In this document: positions 21,001-29,189 of the stretch, in pieces
Layout of the letters: each line of letters starts with the position of its first letter
Position numbering within the stretch: position 1 is the stretch's first letter
Assembly (NCBI GenBank): GCA_035545755.1
Contig: DASZXQ010000048.1
Span: 5,542 to 69,541 of the forward strand
DNA: 64,000 bases
Direction: 5' to 3'
Source of the DNA: Chitinophagaceae bacterium
GTDB lineage: Bacteria > Bacteroidota > Bacteroidia > Chitinophagales > Chitinophagaceae
Position numbers and translations under genes: made by a program
The notes under the pieces: model-generated
What the model was told of the DNA's origin: nothing
Databases searched by the model: none
Seen by the model: only the letters and a program-made list of their open reading frames with translations

Positions 21001-21276
21001 TATGTGCACATGAAAGATATGCGGGCCAGCTGCATGGAGCCTGTGAATGTATTGAGTGGCTATCAATGGCAGGATGGTTTAGGTTATTATGAATCTACCA
21101 AAGATGCCAGCACGAATTTCTTTTTCAATTACCTGAAAAAAGGAACGTACGTCTTCGAATACCCATTGTTCGTGACCAATAAAGGAAATTTCAGCAATGG
21201 GATCACTTCGATTCAGTGCATGTATGCACCTGAGTTTAGTTCGCATAGTGAAGGAATCAGAGTAACTGTGGAATAA
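15097..21276 (+). CDS. bacterial alpha-2-macroglobulin family protein (thioester-containing)
   Basis: About 2059 aa from ATG 15097 (signal peptide MPVRPIKKILLFSVFLSLFTGASAQ). MG-domain-like repeats. YPYECAEQT matches the CxEQ thioester motif. Confidence 0.9.
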   Translation: MPVRPIKKILLFSVFLSLFTGASAQIPLKNYESEWKKVEAFVQKNLPKSALEQVKKIYSMAKADKQDAQIIKSLLYMTSLQSETRENNDVQSIKDFEKEIASANQPARSILQSIVAEMYLDYFANHRYQFYSRTNTINFQKDDIATWTSDDLNKKITELYLQSIKEEKLLEQTKLEPFDAIITKGNVRHLRPTLFDLLAHRALDYFKSDERDISRPAYAFEINTSSAFDPASDFVKVKFPTKDSASLQQKALLLFQKLIAFHLNDAKPDALIDVDIERIVFVNEKGVQPDKKQLYVSALNHIARQYENYPAASQALYLVAQQYNEDADEYKPYGDTTHRFDRIKAKEICERVLQQKDSSEGKINCYNLLNEINQKDLSFSVEKVNIPNQPFRSLVQYKNFTTLYLRIVKSDENPVSEPENFYADKFWEKLIATTPIRSWQQSLPDTKDLQRHSAELKVDGLPNGRYVLIASTEKDFNLKDGFIRARYFYVSDISFVNNGRNYFVVNRETGQPLAGATIQSWEGRYDYKTSKYISEKGKAFKTDEKGYFNFETKKDATTYGVNYRLDITYNNDRLFLNDELYDYYYNNNAAITSSENITVFLFTDRSIYRPGQTVFFKGIAVSKMTDETTSTIKAGYDTKVYLRNANYQTIDSMNVKTNEYGSFSGNFQLPQSGLNGNFTLYMKDNKGTVDFSMEEYKRPNFYVDYEKIKGTYKVNDSIKVTGIAKAYAGNNIDGAQVKYRVVRQPRFIYSWMFWRWWQPPAKEMEIAHGEMQTDKDGKFDIRFAAIPDLTIDKKFDPVFDYTIYADVTDINGETRSGQSSVTVGYQSLLLNVDLPSSLPSDSLKNITILTTNMNGEFEASKVNVVIYKLKQEDRLIRNRYWDRPDQFVMSKEEYIQNFPHDEYDDEADYRSWDDQEKVFEKGDSINENSEFKIQNSKLAPGFYRIEVSTKDKDGNDVKDVEYIELYNEKSNQLTNAKYLWTQGSNPIEPGEKTNIQLGTSADNLFVIEHIDKQSGVRSQESGVGNFSVVQLNNEKKLFDFTATESDRGGYGVNYFFVKDNHFYEFNDVIRVPWTNKDLKIEYATFRDKTLPGSEEKWKVRITGYKNEKVAAEMLASMYDASLDQFKYHSWNEPYLWPIYYSGQRWNSSYNFSQLISQQQANNNSDFKYLKKEYDYLIFSLLNNIYGYGGNVIRLRRISSIAQPTMALEGKVAGLQEAVVTGHGKQNRKSDSTAFRANNDENQIFEKVDVTLPDGTHIVNGRIINKNIKPENNQETQIRKNFNETAFFFPVLHTDSTGSIEFSFTMPEALTRWKFMALAHTKDLAFGYSTKEIVTQKQLMVQPNAPRFLREGDRVEFSAKIANLTDKELTGSAELQLFDAATNEPVDGAFQNMYANQYFTVGAGQSEAVNFQLQVPYQFNKALTWRIVAKAGDFSDGEEASLPVLTNRMLVTETLPLNMRGTGTKNFKFEKLLNSGNSETLQNHALTIEYTSNPAWYAVQALPYLMEYPYECAEQTWNRYYANSLATMIVNSSPRIKQVFEKWRTEDTAALLSNLQKNEELKSVLLEETPWVLDANNEEQQKKNIALLFDMVKMSKELDAAYEKLKQMQSSNGGFVWFKGGPDDQYITQYIITGIGHLKKLNSYSKDQDTKLKQILNTALPYLDKKIKEDYDELVKYKTDLKKYVPGYTEIQYLYMRSFFPEYPIASNSQKAYNYFRQRAQKTWVQQNKYMEGMIALSLYRTGDARTPADILRSLKETSINNEELGMYWKDISSGWFWYQAPIETQSLLIEAFQEISKDTKTVDDLKTWLLKNKQTNNWQTTKATAEACYALLLEGSDWISEAPQVDIKLGNTAINSNDNKQEAGTGYFKKIIDGASVEPNMGNISVTVQPSSDQNKSATSWGSIYWQYFEDLDKITPAATPLKLVKKLFIEKNTDNGPVLTPVSDGDELKVGDKVKARIELRVDRDMEYVHMKDMRASCMEPVNVLSGYQWQDGLGYYESTKDASTNFFFNYLKKGTYVFEYPLFVTNKGNFSNGITSIQCMYAPEFSSHSEGIRVTVE
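17879..17906. repeat. heptanucleotide microsatellite (ATTCARA x4) inside the macroglobulin ORF
   Basis: attcaga attcaaa attcaaa attcaaa read directly, translated as SEFKIQNSK. Confidence 0.85.
18134..18168. repeat. heptanucleotide microsatellite (AGTCAGG x3 plus 2 degenerate units) inside the macroglobulin ORF
   Basis: agtcagg agtcagg agtcagg aatcagg agttggg read directly, translated as QSGVRSQESGVG. Confidence 0.85.
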
Positions 21277-21341
21277 AGCCCTGAACTTGAAAAAAGTCTA
21301 AAAATATTCAATATTCAACGCTCCATACTTAAGGAATGATG

Positions 21342-21383
21342 AATACCCAATAATTGAAAATTGATTATTGAATATTGGGTATT
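21342..21383. repeat. hairpin (11-bp perfect inverted repeat, 20-nt loop) after the macroglobulin gene
   Basis: AATACCCAATA ... TATTGGGTATT. May act as a terminator, but there is no clean T-run. Confidence 0.45.
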
Positions 21384-21390
21384 GAACATT

Positions 21391-21398
21391 TATTTTTG
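21391..21398 (+). promoter_or_regulatory. candidate -7 box (TATTTTTG) immediately upstream of the oxidoreductase ATG (possible leaderless mRNA)
   Basis: Exact TAnnTTTG match ending 5 nt before the ATG at 21403. Confidence 0.3.
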
Positions 21399-21402
21399 TT
21401 TC

Positions 21403-22458
21403 ATGCAAATTGAATATTTAGTTGTTGGACAGGGGATCTGTGGTACATGGCTCAGCTATTTTTTGAATAAAGAAAAAAAGTCATTTCTCGTCATTGATGA
21501 TAACCAGCCGAATTCATCTTCCCGGATCGCAGCCGGCATCATCAATCCCTTTACAGGAAGAAGGATCGTAAAAACGTGGATGATTGATGAATTAATTCCT
21601 TTTATTGAATCATCATATTCAGAGATAGGAAAAGATCTTGGCATTACCGCACTTTCTCCAAAAACAATTATTGATTTCTTCCCTACCCCACAAATGCGAG
21701 AAGCTTTTTTGCAACGACAAAAAGATGAACCTTTCTTGCAAACAGCCAGTAATGATGATGAATTCAGAAATAACTTCAATTATGAATTCGGGTTCGGCAA
21801 GATCAATCCTTCATTTATCGTTCATTTGGAATCTTTGCTTCCAGCGTGGCAAAATCATCTTAAAAAATCAAATCAAATTACTAAAGAAAGTTTCGACCTT
21901 TCTCAATTAAAAATTTCAGCTGACAAAATTCATTACAAAGAATTTGTAGCTGAGAAGATCATTTTCTGCGATGGAATTAGCAGTTTAGAGAATCCTTTAT
22001 TGGCCCGCTTACCTTTCGCATTTAACAAAGGAGAAATGTTACTCATCGAAGCAGATGGTATTTCTCCTGACTACATTTATAAAAAAGGGATCATCCTTGC
22101 CCCGCTACAAACAAAAGATATTTTCTGGGCAGGCACTAATTACATTTGGAATTATATTGACAACTTGCCGACAAAAGAATTTCGTGAAAAAACGGAGCAT
22201 CTATTAAAAGAATGGTTGAAAATTCCGTTCAATATTTTGGATCATCAGGCATCAGTTCGTCCGGCGAATGTGGAACGAAGGCCGTTTGTGGGAATGCACC
22301 CGGCTCATAAAAATGTTGGTATTCTTAATGGAATGGGAAGTAAAGGTTGCTCCCTGGCGCCTTTTTTTGCAAAGCAATTAGCGGATCACCTTATCTATGG
22401 AAAAAATATTTTGCCTGAAGCGGATATTCTCCGGTTCAGAAAAATATTAAGTCAATAA
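21403..22458 (+). CDS. FAD-dependent oxidoreductase (DAO/glycine-oxidase-like)
   Basis: N-terminal dinucleotide-binding motif YLVVGQGICGTW. About 350 aa, typical of the DAO family. Start moved to the ATG at 21403. Confidence 0.8.
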   Translation: MQIEYLVVGQGICGTWLSYFLNKEKKSFLVIDDNQPNSSSRIAAGIINPFTGRRIVKTWMIDELIPFIESSYSEIGKDLGITALSPKTIIDFFPTPQMREAFLQRQKDEPFLQTASNDDEFRNNFNYEFGFGKINPSFIVHLESLLPAWQNHLKKSNQITKESFDLSQLKISADKIHYKEFVAEKIIFCDGISSLENPLLARLPFAFNKGEMLLIEADGISPDYIYKKGIILAPLQTKDIFWAGTNYIWNYIDNLPTKEFREKTEHLLKEWLKIPFNILDHQASVRPANVERRPFVGMHPAHKNVGILNGMGSKGCSLAPFFAKQLADHLIYGKNILPEADILRFRKILSQ

Positions 22459-22550
22459 AAAAAAAGATTACCGAATAACGATCGCAGCCGGTTGGTTTCG
22501 TTTTTTGTACTGGATGAAAAACTTTCTTGCGAAATAGATCAGGGTAATTG

Positions 22551-23336
22551 TTAACATGGTTCGGATTTTAATATTTTACATGGGGTTAACGGATCCTGGT
22601 TTAGAACTTTGCACAACGCTTCATACAGGTCTGTCATATTCTCTTTCAATCCCTGCGGGTTTTCGAAAAACGCTTCCACACTCACAGCCCAGAACTCATG
22701 CAGGTTACTGAATGCATAGCTTCGCAAATAACTTCTCCGGTTGGTGATCACATCTGCCAGTATCGGGCCGGTGCTGCTGGAAAACCGCTCATAGTTCATC
22801 CTGAAATGTGAATCAATTCCGTATTGCGCAAAAAAATTATTATACAATAATGCATGCGCCATTTCATGAACGGCAACGTTGATATTATCGCTCTTATTAG
22901 AATAGCCGTATAAAAAATGTTTCCATGATAAGTAAATACCCTCAGGTGCTACATGGCCAATGTACAATTCTTCGTCGTCGTCCATACGATAAGCATCGGC
23001 CAGTATATAAATGTCATTAAAATGGGACAGCAAATAATTTTTCAATCCGAACGTCACCTGCACTGCGGAAGCGCTGACCAATATTGCGGTGTCATCATTA
23101 TTTTCCAAACCGATGTAGTGAAACTTTTTACTTTCCTTGAAGCGATGCACTCTTGAAACAAATCGCTCTTTTTCTTCCTCAGGAAGTTCATTGAAGTAAC
23201 TGAAAAGGCTGCCGATTACGAAGGAGTAGTTATTATAAACAGAATCGCTGATGACTGTTTCATCAGGGACGGTGGCGGAGGTGGCATCGGATCCGCTGGA
23301 AAAAATTTTATTCAGTTTTCGCAGGAAAGTCCGCAT
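22551..23336 (-). CDS. MtfA-like zinc metallopeptidase (M90 family)
   Basis: HEMAH zinc motif plus the downstream EFWAVSVEAFFE motif. The ORF is open up to 23549, but that start overlaps aspS, so I chose the internal ATG at 23336 (MRTFLRK). The start is uncertain. Confidence 0.7.
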   Translation of the reverse strand: MRTFLRKLNKIFSSGSDATSATVPDETVISDSVYNNYSFVIGSLFSYFNELPEEEKERFVSRVHRFKESKKFHYIGLENNDDTAILVSASAVQVTFGLKNYLLSHFNDIYILADAYRMDDDEELYIGHVAPEGIYLSWKHFLYGYSNKSDNINVAVHEMAHALLYNNFFAQYGIDSHFRMNYERFSSSTGPILADVITNRRSYLRSYAFSNLHEFWAVSVEAFFENPQGLKENMTDLYEALCKVLNQDPLTPCKILKSEPC

Positions 23337-23534
23337 AGCATACGGTTCGAACCTTAAATATAGATATTTGATTTCCAATTTGCAAGCCTTCAGCAGTTTT
23401 GTTGGTATATTTGCCGGCCGCTGAAAATGGGATTGCATAAGGTTTTGGTAGTCAGCGTTCATACTACTATCAACGTCCCTTGCGTCGCACTCTTCAGCTG
23501 CATCAATTCTACTCAGCAATATTGAATTTTTTAT

Positions 23535-25322
23535 ATGTACAGAACTCATACATGCGGTGAATTAAGGATCGCCGAGAAGGGCAAACAAGTTACGCTCTCC
23601 GGTTGGGTACAAACTATTCGGAAGTTCGGCGCAATCACTTTCGTTGATCTTCGTGACCGCTACGGTGTCACACAATTATTATTTGGCGAAAACCTGAACA
23701 AACAATTAGATGAAAATCCACTGGGCCGTGAATTTGTATTGCAGGCAACTGGCTTAGTTTCTGAAAGAAGTAATAAAAACCCGAACCTTCCGACAGGCGA
23801 TATCGAGATCAATGTTGATTCATTCAAAATCCTGAACAAATCCATTGTTCCCCCTTTCACCATCCAGGATGATACGGATGGCGGCGATGACCTTCGGATG
23901 AAGTACCGTTACCTTGATCTGAGAAGAAATATTGTCAAGAAAAATATTGAACTGCGCTATGCAGTGAATCGTGCCGCAAGAAATTACTTACACAACCATG
24001 GATTCATTGATATTGAAACACCGTTTCTCATCAAATCAACTCCTGAAGGAGCAAGAGATTTTGTGGTGCCTTCAAGAATGAACCCGGGACAATTTTATGC
24101 ATTGCCACAATCACCGCAAACGTTCAAGCAATTGCTGATGATCAGTGGATACGACCGGTATTACCAGATCGTAAAATGTTTTCGTGACGAAGACCTCAGG
24201 GCCGACCGCCAGCCGGAATTCACACAGATCGACTGTGAGATGAGTTTTGTAGAGCAGGAAGATATTCTGAACACTTTTGAAGGAATGGTAAAATCCATTT
24301 TCAAAGAAGTAAAAGGAATTGATTACAATGAAAAGTTATCCCGAATGAGTTGGGATGATGCCATGCGTTATTATGGGAATGACAAACCTGACATTCGTTT
24401 CGGTATGAAGCTGGTGGAATTAAAATCACTGTTTGCGGAAGAAGAAAGAAATGTTTTTAAAGAAGAAATTGAAGCCAGCGGATTCAAAGTATTCAATGAT
24501 GCTGAACTTGTGGGAGCCATTGCTGTTCCCGGCTGCAGCGAGTATACCAGGAAACAGACCGATGAATTGACAGAATGGGTAAAACGTCCGCAGATAGGTA
24601 TGGCTGGTTTAGCGTTTGTCAAATACAATAATGATGGATCGTTGAAAAGCTCCATTGACAAATTTTTCGATGAAAATAAATTAAGACTCTTAGTAGAAAA
24701 ATGCCAGGCAAAACCCGGTGATCTTCTTCTTATCCTTGCAGGAAAAGAAGAACGCACAAGAAAAGCTCTAAGTGAATTACGACTGGAAATGGGCGAACGT
24801 TTAGGTTTTCGAAAAGCAGATGAATTCAAATTGCTGTGGGTATTGGATTTCCCATTATTCGAATTCAGTGAAGAAGACAATCGTTGGGCCGCCCGTCATC
24901 ATCCATTCACTTCACCCAAACCCGATCAAATACATTTACTTGATGATCCCTCACAGTACGGAACTATCAAAGCCAATGCTTATGATATGGTGCTGAATGG
25001 AAATGAAATTGGCGGTGGTTCCATCAGAATTTTCCAAAGAGATGTGCAGGAAAAAATGTTTTCAGCTTTGGGCATGAGCAAGGAAGAAGCCTTACACAAA
25101 TTCGGGTTTCTCCTTGGCGCATTTGAATACGGTGCTCCTCCGCATGGTGGCATTGCTTTTGGCTTTGACCGTCTTTGTGCTATTCTCGGCGGCAGTGAAA
25201 GCATCCGTGATTTTATTGCCTTTCCTAAAAACAATGCAGGGAGAGATGTGATGCTGGATGCTCCTTCAACCATTGATGATAAACAGTTGGATGAATTGCA
25301 GATAAAATTGGATTTGAAATAA
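23535..25322 (+). CDS. aspS: aspartate--tRNA ligase
   Basis: 595 aa. Class II aaRS motifs ([30 protein letters not shown]). Confidence 0.95.
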   Translation: MYRTHTCGELRIAEKGKQVTLSGWVQTIRKFGAITFVDLRDRYGVTQLLFGENLNKQLDENPLGREFVLQATGLVSERSNKNPNLPTGDIEINVDSFKILNKSIVPPFTIQDDTDGGDDLRMKYRYLDLRRNIVKKNIELRYAVNRAARNYLHNHGFIDIETPFLIKSTPEGARDFVVPSRMNPGQFYALPQSPQTFKQLLMISGYDRYYQIVKCFRDEDLRADRQPEFTQIDCEMSFVEQEDILNTFEGMVKSIFKEVKGIDYNEKLSRMSWDDAMRYYGNDKPDIRFGMKLVELKSLFAEEERNVFKEEIEASGFKVFNDAELVGAIAVPGCSEYTRKQTDELTEWVKRPQIGMAGLAFVKYNNDGSLKSSIDKFFDENKLRLLVEKCQAKPGDLLLILAGKEERTRKALSELRLEMGERLGFRKADEFKLLWVLDFPLFEFSEEDNRWAARHHPFTSPKPDQIHLLDDPSQYGTIKANAYDMVLNGNEIGGGSIRIFQRDVQEKMFSALGMSKEEALHKFGFLLGAFEYGAPPHGGIAFGFDRLCAILGGSESIRDFIAFPKNNAGRDVMLDAPSTIDDKQLDELQIKLDLK

Positions 25323-25356
25323 TCATAAACGGTTTTCAACTCGTAATTAAAATGAA

Positions 25357-25385
25357 AAATGCGAAGCCTGCCACTTCGCATTTTT
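25357..25385 (+). terminator. rho-independent terminator after aspS
   Basis: AAATGCGAAG-cctgcca-CTTCGCATTT perfect 10-bp stem followed by a T-run. Confidence 0.8.
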
Positions 25386-25474
25386 ATGCCATTAAATCTC
25401 GTAACAGGGCATAAACATTCTTAAAGAGAATGTAAAATATTAATTTTTCATTTTACCATAACAAGGTTCTGACT

Positions 25475-25498
25475 TTGTAAATTTGTTTCTATTTACAA
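25475..25498. promoter_or_regulatory. perfect 8-bp inverted repeat overlapping a TAAATTTG -7 box upstream of the GH18 gene
   Basis: TTGTAAAT-ttgtttct-ATTTACAA. TAAATTTG at 25478-25485 lies 29 nt upstream of the ATG at 25514. Confidence 0.3.
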
Positions 25499-25513
25499 AA
25501 TGAATTTTCCCCA

Positions 25514-26569
25514 ATGAAAAAAATTATTCAATTCCTGTTCCTGTTCCCGTTGGCGTTAAGCGTAACGGCGCAAGTAGTATCAGAAAATCTTTTTTACATG
25601 GTGGATACTCCGGAGTCATTTGCAAGTTTCAAAACTAATCTCAGCCAGATCTCCATAGTTTGTCCCCAGACTTTCCAGATAAGCAAGGAAGGAGTGATCT
25701 CCGGGTCGGTAGATCACCGCATATTGGAATTGGCAAGAGCAAATAAAATAAAAGTGATGCCGCTGATTGTGAACAGTGGTTTCACTGCACAGTTGTTACA
25801 TACTATTCTCAGCAATCCGCTGGCAAGAAAACGTTCGATCAAAATGATGCTCGAATATGGCAAGAAATATAAATTAGATGGCTGGCAATTCGACCTCGAA
25901 GGATTGAACATTTCCGATAGAGACAATTACACTTCCTATTTCAAAGAAACCGCTGATGCATTGCATAAAGCAGGGCTGCAATTGTCAGCAGCGTTGGTTC
26001 ATGCGGTTGAAAATGTTGGCGGGCCTACACCTTATCATAGTTTTCTCTATGAAAATTGGAGAGCAGGTTACGATTTTAAAGAATTAGCGGCAGCCGGAGA
26101 TTTTTTATCTATCATGGCGTATGACCAACACACCCGTCGCACACCACCGGGTCCAGTAGCCGGCGCTGATTGGGTGGAGCGTATCGTCCAATACCTGATC
26201 AATGAAGGAGTGGCACCGGAAAAAATATCGCTAGGGGTTCCTGATTATTCCATGCACTGGTTTCCTGATTACACAGAAGAAAAAGGTGGTTTTTCAAATG
26301 GCCAGCAGATCGGTTATAAAGTCGTAGAACATCTTTTGGCAAAATACAATGCAGAACTGATGTGGAATGAAAAAGCAGGATGCCATTATACTTTCTGGGA
26401 TAATGATGGCGTGTATGAGTACATGTATATCGAGGACGGAGCATCGCTGAAACCCAAACTGGATATTGTAGCAACATACAAACTCAGGGGAATTTCTGTA
26501 TGGGTGCTGGGAAAAGAAGCGCCGGATTTCTGGACTACATTGCAACAGCAAACAACTGTAAAAAAATAA
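25514..26569 (+). CDS. secreted glycoside hydrolase family 18 protein
   Basis: Signal peptide. LDGWQFDLEG matches the GH18 DxxDxDxE catalytic motif. Confidence 0.85.
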   Translation: MKKIIQFLFLFPLALSVTAQVVSENLFYMVDTPESFASFKTNLSQISIVCPQTFQISKEGVISGSVDHRILELARANKIKVMPLIVNSGFTAQLLHTILSNPLARKRSIKMMLEYGKKYKLDGWQFDLEGLNISDRDNYTSYFKETADALHKAGLQLSAALVHAVENVGGPTPYHSFLYENWRAGYDFKELAAAGDFLSIMAYDQHTRRTPPGPVAGADWVERIVQYLINEGVAPEKISLGVPDYSMHWFPDYTEEKGGFSNGQQIGYKVVEHLLAKYNAELMWNEKAGCHYTFWDNDGVYEYMYIEDGASLKPKLDIVATYKLRGISVWVLGKEAPDFWTTLQQQTTVKK

Positions 26570-26593
26570 AATCATGTTGGCCGACAGACCTTA

Positions 26594-27565
26594 TTATCCA
26601 CCTTTGACTGCCTTTGAAATAAGCCAAACATTCAAAACAATGTAAGCTACCAGGATCACCTGAGCCATAATCAGGTCAAATTGGCGAGCTTTCGAAGCTT
26701 TATTATTTTTAACGAGTTTCAATGAATACGCATTGGCGGCGATCACAGAAAAAATAAAGAACAATGTGATACCATGCAGTAGATCTACCAATGTAAAAGA
26801 AGAGGATTCCGGCAGCGAAGAATCAATAATATACTTATTGCCGATCACTGCAAACAATGCACCAACGCTCAAACCGAACCGGGAATCAATGCCATCAATG
26901 TGAATGTAAAAGCAAACATAAGCGATCAGGAAAGCGATAAACATTCCCAAAAACATTTTCCAGAATAATCCGCTGGCGTCACGTTTTATATCCAGCCTTA
27001 CCCGGAAATTACTGTACTCGGTGTGAGGTTTAGAAAGTGTTTCATCACCGAATGCAGTTTCGTAGGCTTTTGTGCCCGTTTGGATGACACAACTGTCAAT
27101 TGTCCACCCGCTGAGCGTGAAGCGAGGATCGAAATGTTCGCCGATTGTATCAGGTACAAAGATCAGCGACCTTGAGTCGTATTGTGAATTCTCGATGGAA
27201 AGACGCAGTTTTTGCTCATCAAAAGGAAAATTCCGGATCCTCCAGGAATCTTTCATTACACACTGCAGTTTCATGGTCATAAATATTCTTCCACCCGAAC
27301 TGTCTACCGTGAAAAAAGATTTATTGACGGTTTTTGCCATCGGTACTTCCAGGTTATTGGAAAAATCGAAATCCTTGTTTTTGTATTTCAACCACAACCA
27401 AAACGTAATGGTGTACTCCTTTTGTTTGAAATCTATATCATGTATGCTTATAATATAGATCCCGACCTTAACCGTATCCGGCTTTACATCCTGTGCAAGG
27501 GAATTATTGCTGAAAAAAAAGACAGAAAAAATAAAACTGATAGCATAAGCCAAATATCTTTTCAC
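26594..27565 (-). CDS. pentameric ligand-gated ion channel (Cys-loop receptor family) homologue
   Basis: Beta-rich N-terminal domain with VKVGIYIISIHDIDFKQKEYTITFWLWL and FPFDEQKLRLSIE (Cys-less Cys-loop signature), followed by four TM helices with an LPESSSFTLVDLL M2-M3 motif. Start placed at GTG 27565 (MKRYLAYAISFIFSVFFFSNNSLAQ signal peptide). The ORF is open to GTG 27637. Confidence 0.6.
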   Translation of the reverse strand: MKRYLAYAISFIFSVFFFSNNSLAQDVKPDTVKVGIYIISIHDIDFKQKEYTITFWLWLKYKNKDFDFSNNLEVPMAKTVNKSFFTVDSSGGRIFMTMKLQCVMKDSWRIRNFPFDEQKLRLSIENSQYDSRSLIFVPDTIGEHFDPRFTLSGWTIDSCVIQTGTKAYETAFGDETLSKPHTEYSNFRVRLDIKRDASGLFWKMFLGMFIAFLIAYVCFYIHIDGIDSRFGLSVGALFAVIGNKYIIDSSLPESSSFTLVDLLHGITLFFIFSVIAANAYSLKLVKNNKASKARQFDLIMAQVILVAYIVLNVWLISKAVKGG

Positions 27566-27656
27566 CGAATTACAATTTTGATCAGGAAAGATAGAGAACC
27601 CGGGATGAAAAACCAAACTCAGAAAAGCTTTAACCACACATTATTATTCAAATTTA

Positions 27657-28112
27657 TTATAACATATTTCTGCTTTCAATATCCCTGATCTTGTCCAATC
27701 GCCGCTGATGCCTCGGCTCATGACTGAATGTTGCTGTCAAAAAAGTTAAAACGATCTCCCTTGCCAGTTCAATGCCAATAACCCTCTGACCTATACATAA
27801 CACATTCACATCATCATGCTCTACACACTGATGTGCGGAATACGTATCATGGCAAACACCTGCCCGAATGCCTTTGAATTTATTTGCTGCTACAGACACG
27901 CCTACCCCACTACCGCAAATAAGAATGCCTTTCTCTGCAGCACCACTTAAAATTGCTTTGGCTATATGCTCAGCATGATCGGGGTAATCATCTGCTGTTT
28001 CACCGGAATAGGTTCCGAGATCGATGAACTCATATACATTATCCCGGATATTCTGTAATAAGATATTCTTGTATTCAAAACCGGCATGATCACACGCAAT
28101 TACTACTTTCAT
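27657..28112 (-). CDS. rpiB: ribose 5-phosphate isomerase B
   Basis: 151 aa. MKVVIACDHAGFEYK N-terminus and GILICGSGVGVSVAANK motif of the RpiB/LacAB family. Confidence 0.9.
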   Translation of the reverse strand: MKVVIACDHAGFEYKNILLQNIRDNVYEFIDLGTYSGETADDYPDHAEHIAKAILSGAAEKGILICGSGVGVSVAANKFKGIRAGVCHDTYSAHQCVEHDDVNVLCIGQRVIGIELAREIVLTFLTATFSHEPRHQRRLDKIRDIESRNML

Positions 28113-28130
28113 AATGTTATTTTTAAAAAC

Positions 28131-28403
28131 TCATTTGCCTCTGACAACTTTTTCTTTTGCCTCAGCGGAAGTGATCACAGGTATGATCTCAAAATCAACC
28201 ATATCATTCCAGTTAGCTATCCATTGTTGCAGGTTCTCCATCGAATCGCTTTCCATTACCTGGTAGCAAACAGTTATTTCTTCATTGATCCAGCTATGGA
28301 TATAGCGAACACCCTCCGGCAACATTCTTCCTTTTTCTGCAAAACGGTCATATAAATCCCTGACTTTCCCTTCGCGGTATTTCTCAATAACCATGTAAAG
28401 CAT
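28131..28403 (-). CDS. small conserved protein (DUF3303-like)
   Basis: 90 aa. The pattern MVIEKYREG..LYDRFAEKGRMLPEGV.YI.SW resembles my recollection of DUF3303. No search was run. Confidence 0.55.
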   Translation of the reverse strand: MLYMVIEKYREGKVRDLYDRFAEKGRMLPEGVRYIHSWINEEITVCYQVMESDSMENLQQWIANWNDMVDFEIIPVITSAEAKEKVVRGK

Positions 28404-28410
28404 GACTATT

Positions 28411-29046
28411 TTATTTTTTTGAAAAATTACTTTTATAATACCCGCAAACTTTTTTCATCAGGCATTTTTCGCAAAAAGGTTTTGGACGGCATATCTCTCT
28501 GCCCAGGAATGAGATTGCCATGCCAGCGTCCCAATCTTTTTGAGGAAGCGTTTCCATAATCTGTTTTTCGATTTTTTTAGGATCAGTTCCTGTTGCAATT
28601 CCAAGCCTCGGCGCTACACGAACCACGTGAAGATCCACGATCACACCTTGGGCTGGCTTACCGGCTTCCCGTAAGATAACATTTGCAGACTTTCTCCCAA
28701 TACCTTTTAATTCTGTGAGCTCATTTAATGTGAGAGGAATATTTTTATTATCCCTTATTTTCTGTGCCATACTCACAAGCCATTCTGCTTTAACGGCGAA
28801 ATTGCGTACTGATCCAATAAACGGATAGAGCCCTTCAGCGGTTGCTTTTGACAGGGCCTTCATATCCGGATAGGCTTCGAATAATTTCGGCGCCAGTTGA
28901 TTGATATGCTTGTCGGAATCCTGTGCGGAAAGCATAACCATTACGATCAACTGGTAAACGTTTTTATACTCCAACGGATGCTTTTTGTCCTTGTATTTTT
29001 TCAGCAATGGCTGAATGGCTTTGGTCCAATCCGTTTTAGCAGGCAT
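28411..29046 (-). CDS. nth: endonuclease III
   Basis: HhH-GPD motif (LTELKGIGRKSANVIL) and C-terminal 4Fe-4S cluster Cys ligands (CRPKPFCEKCLMKKVC). Start moved to the ATG at 29046 (MPAKTDW). Confidence 0.9.
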   Translation of the reverse strand: MPAKTDWTKAIQPLLKKYKDKKHPLEYKNVYQLIVMVMLSAQDSDKHINQLAPKLFEAYPDMKALSKATAEGLYPFIGSVRNFAVKAEWLVSMAQKIRDNKNIPLTLNELTELKGIGRKSANVILREAGKPAQGVIVDLHVVRVAPRLGIATGTDPKKIEKQIMETLPQKDWDAGMAISFLGREICRPKPFCEKCLMKKVCGYYKSNFSKK

Positions 29047-29189
29047 AGAAAAGATTTGAGAATTAAATCTACAATAAAATAGTGGACGCATTTCAAGCCA
29101 CGCCAACAGAATTTTAATTGAATACTTCAGATAAAACGCTAAAATTCATACATTGGAAGCCAATAACCGACCGCAACTGCCATTGATCC

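Noticed and set aside
23341-23352. A GGTTCGAACC sequence resembling a tRNA T-arm.
   Set aside because: No acceptor stem, D-arm or anticodon arm can be folded around it. It is just a palindrome in the MtfA/aspS divergent region.
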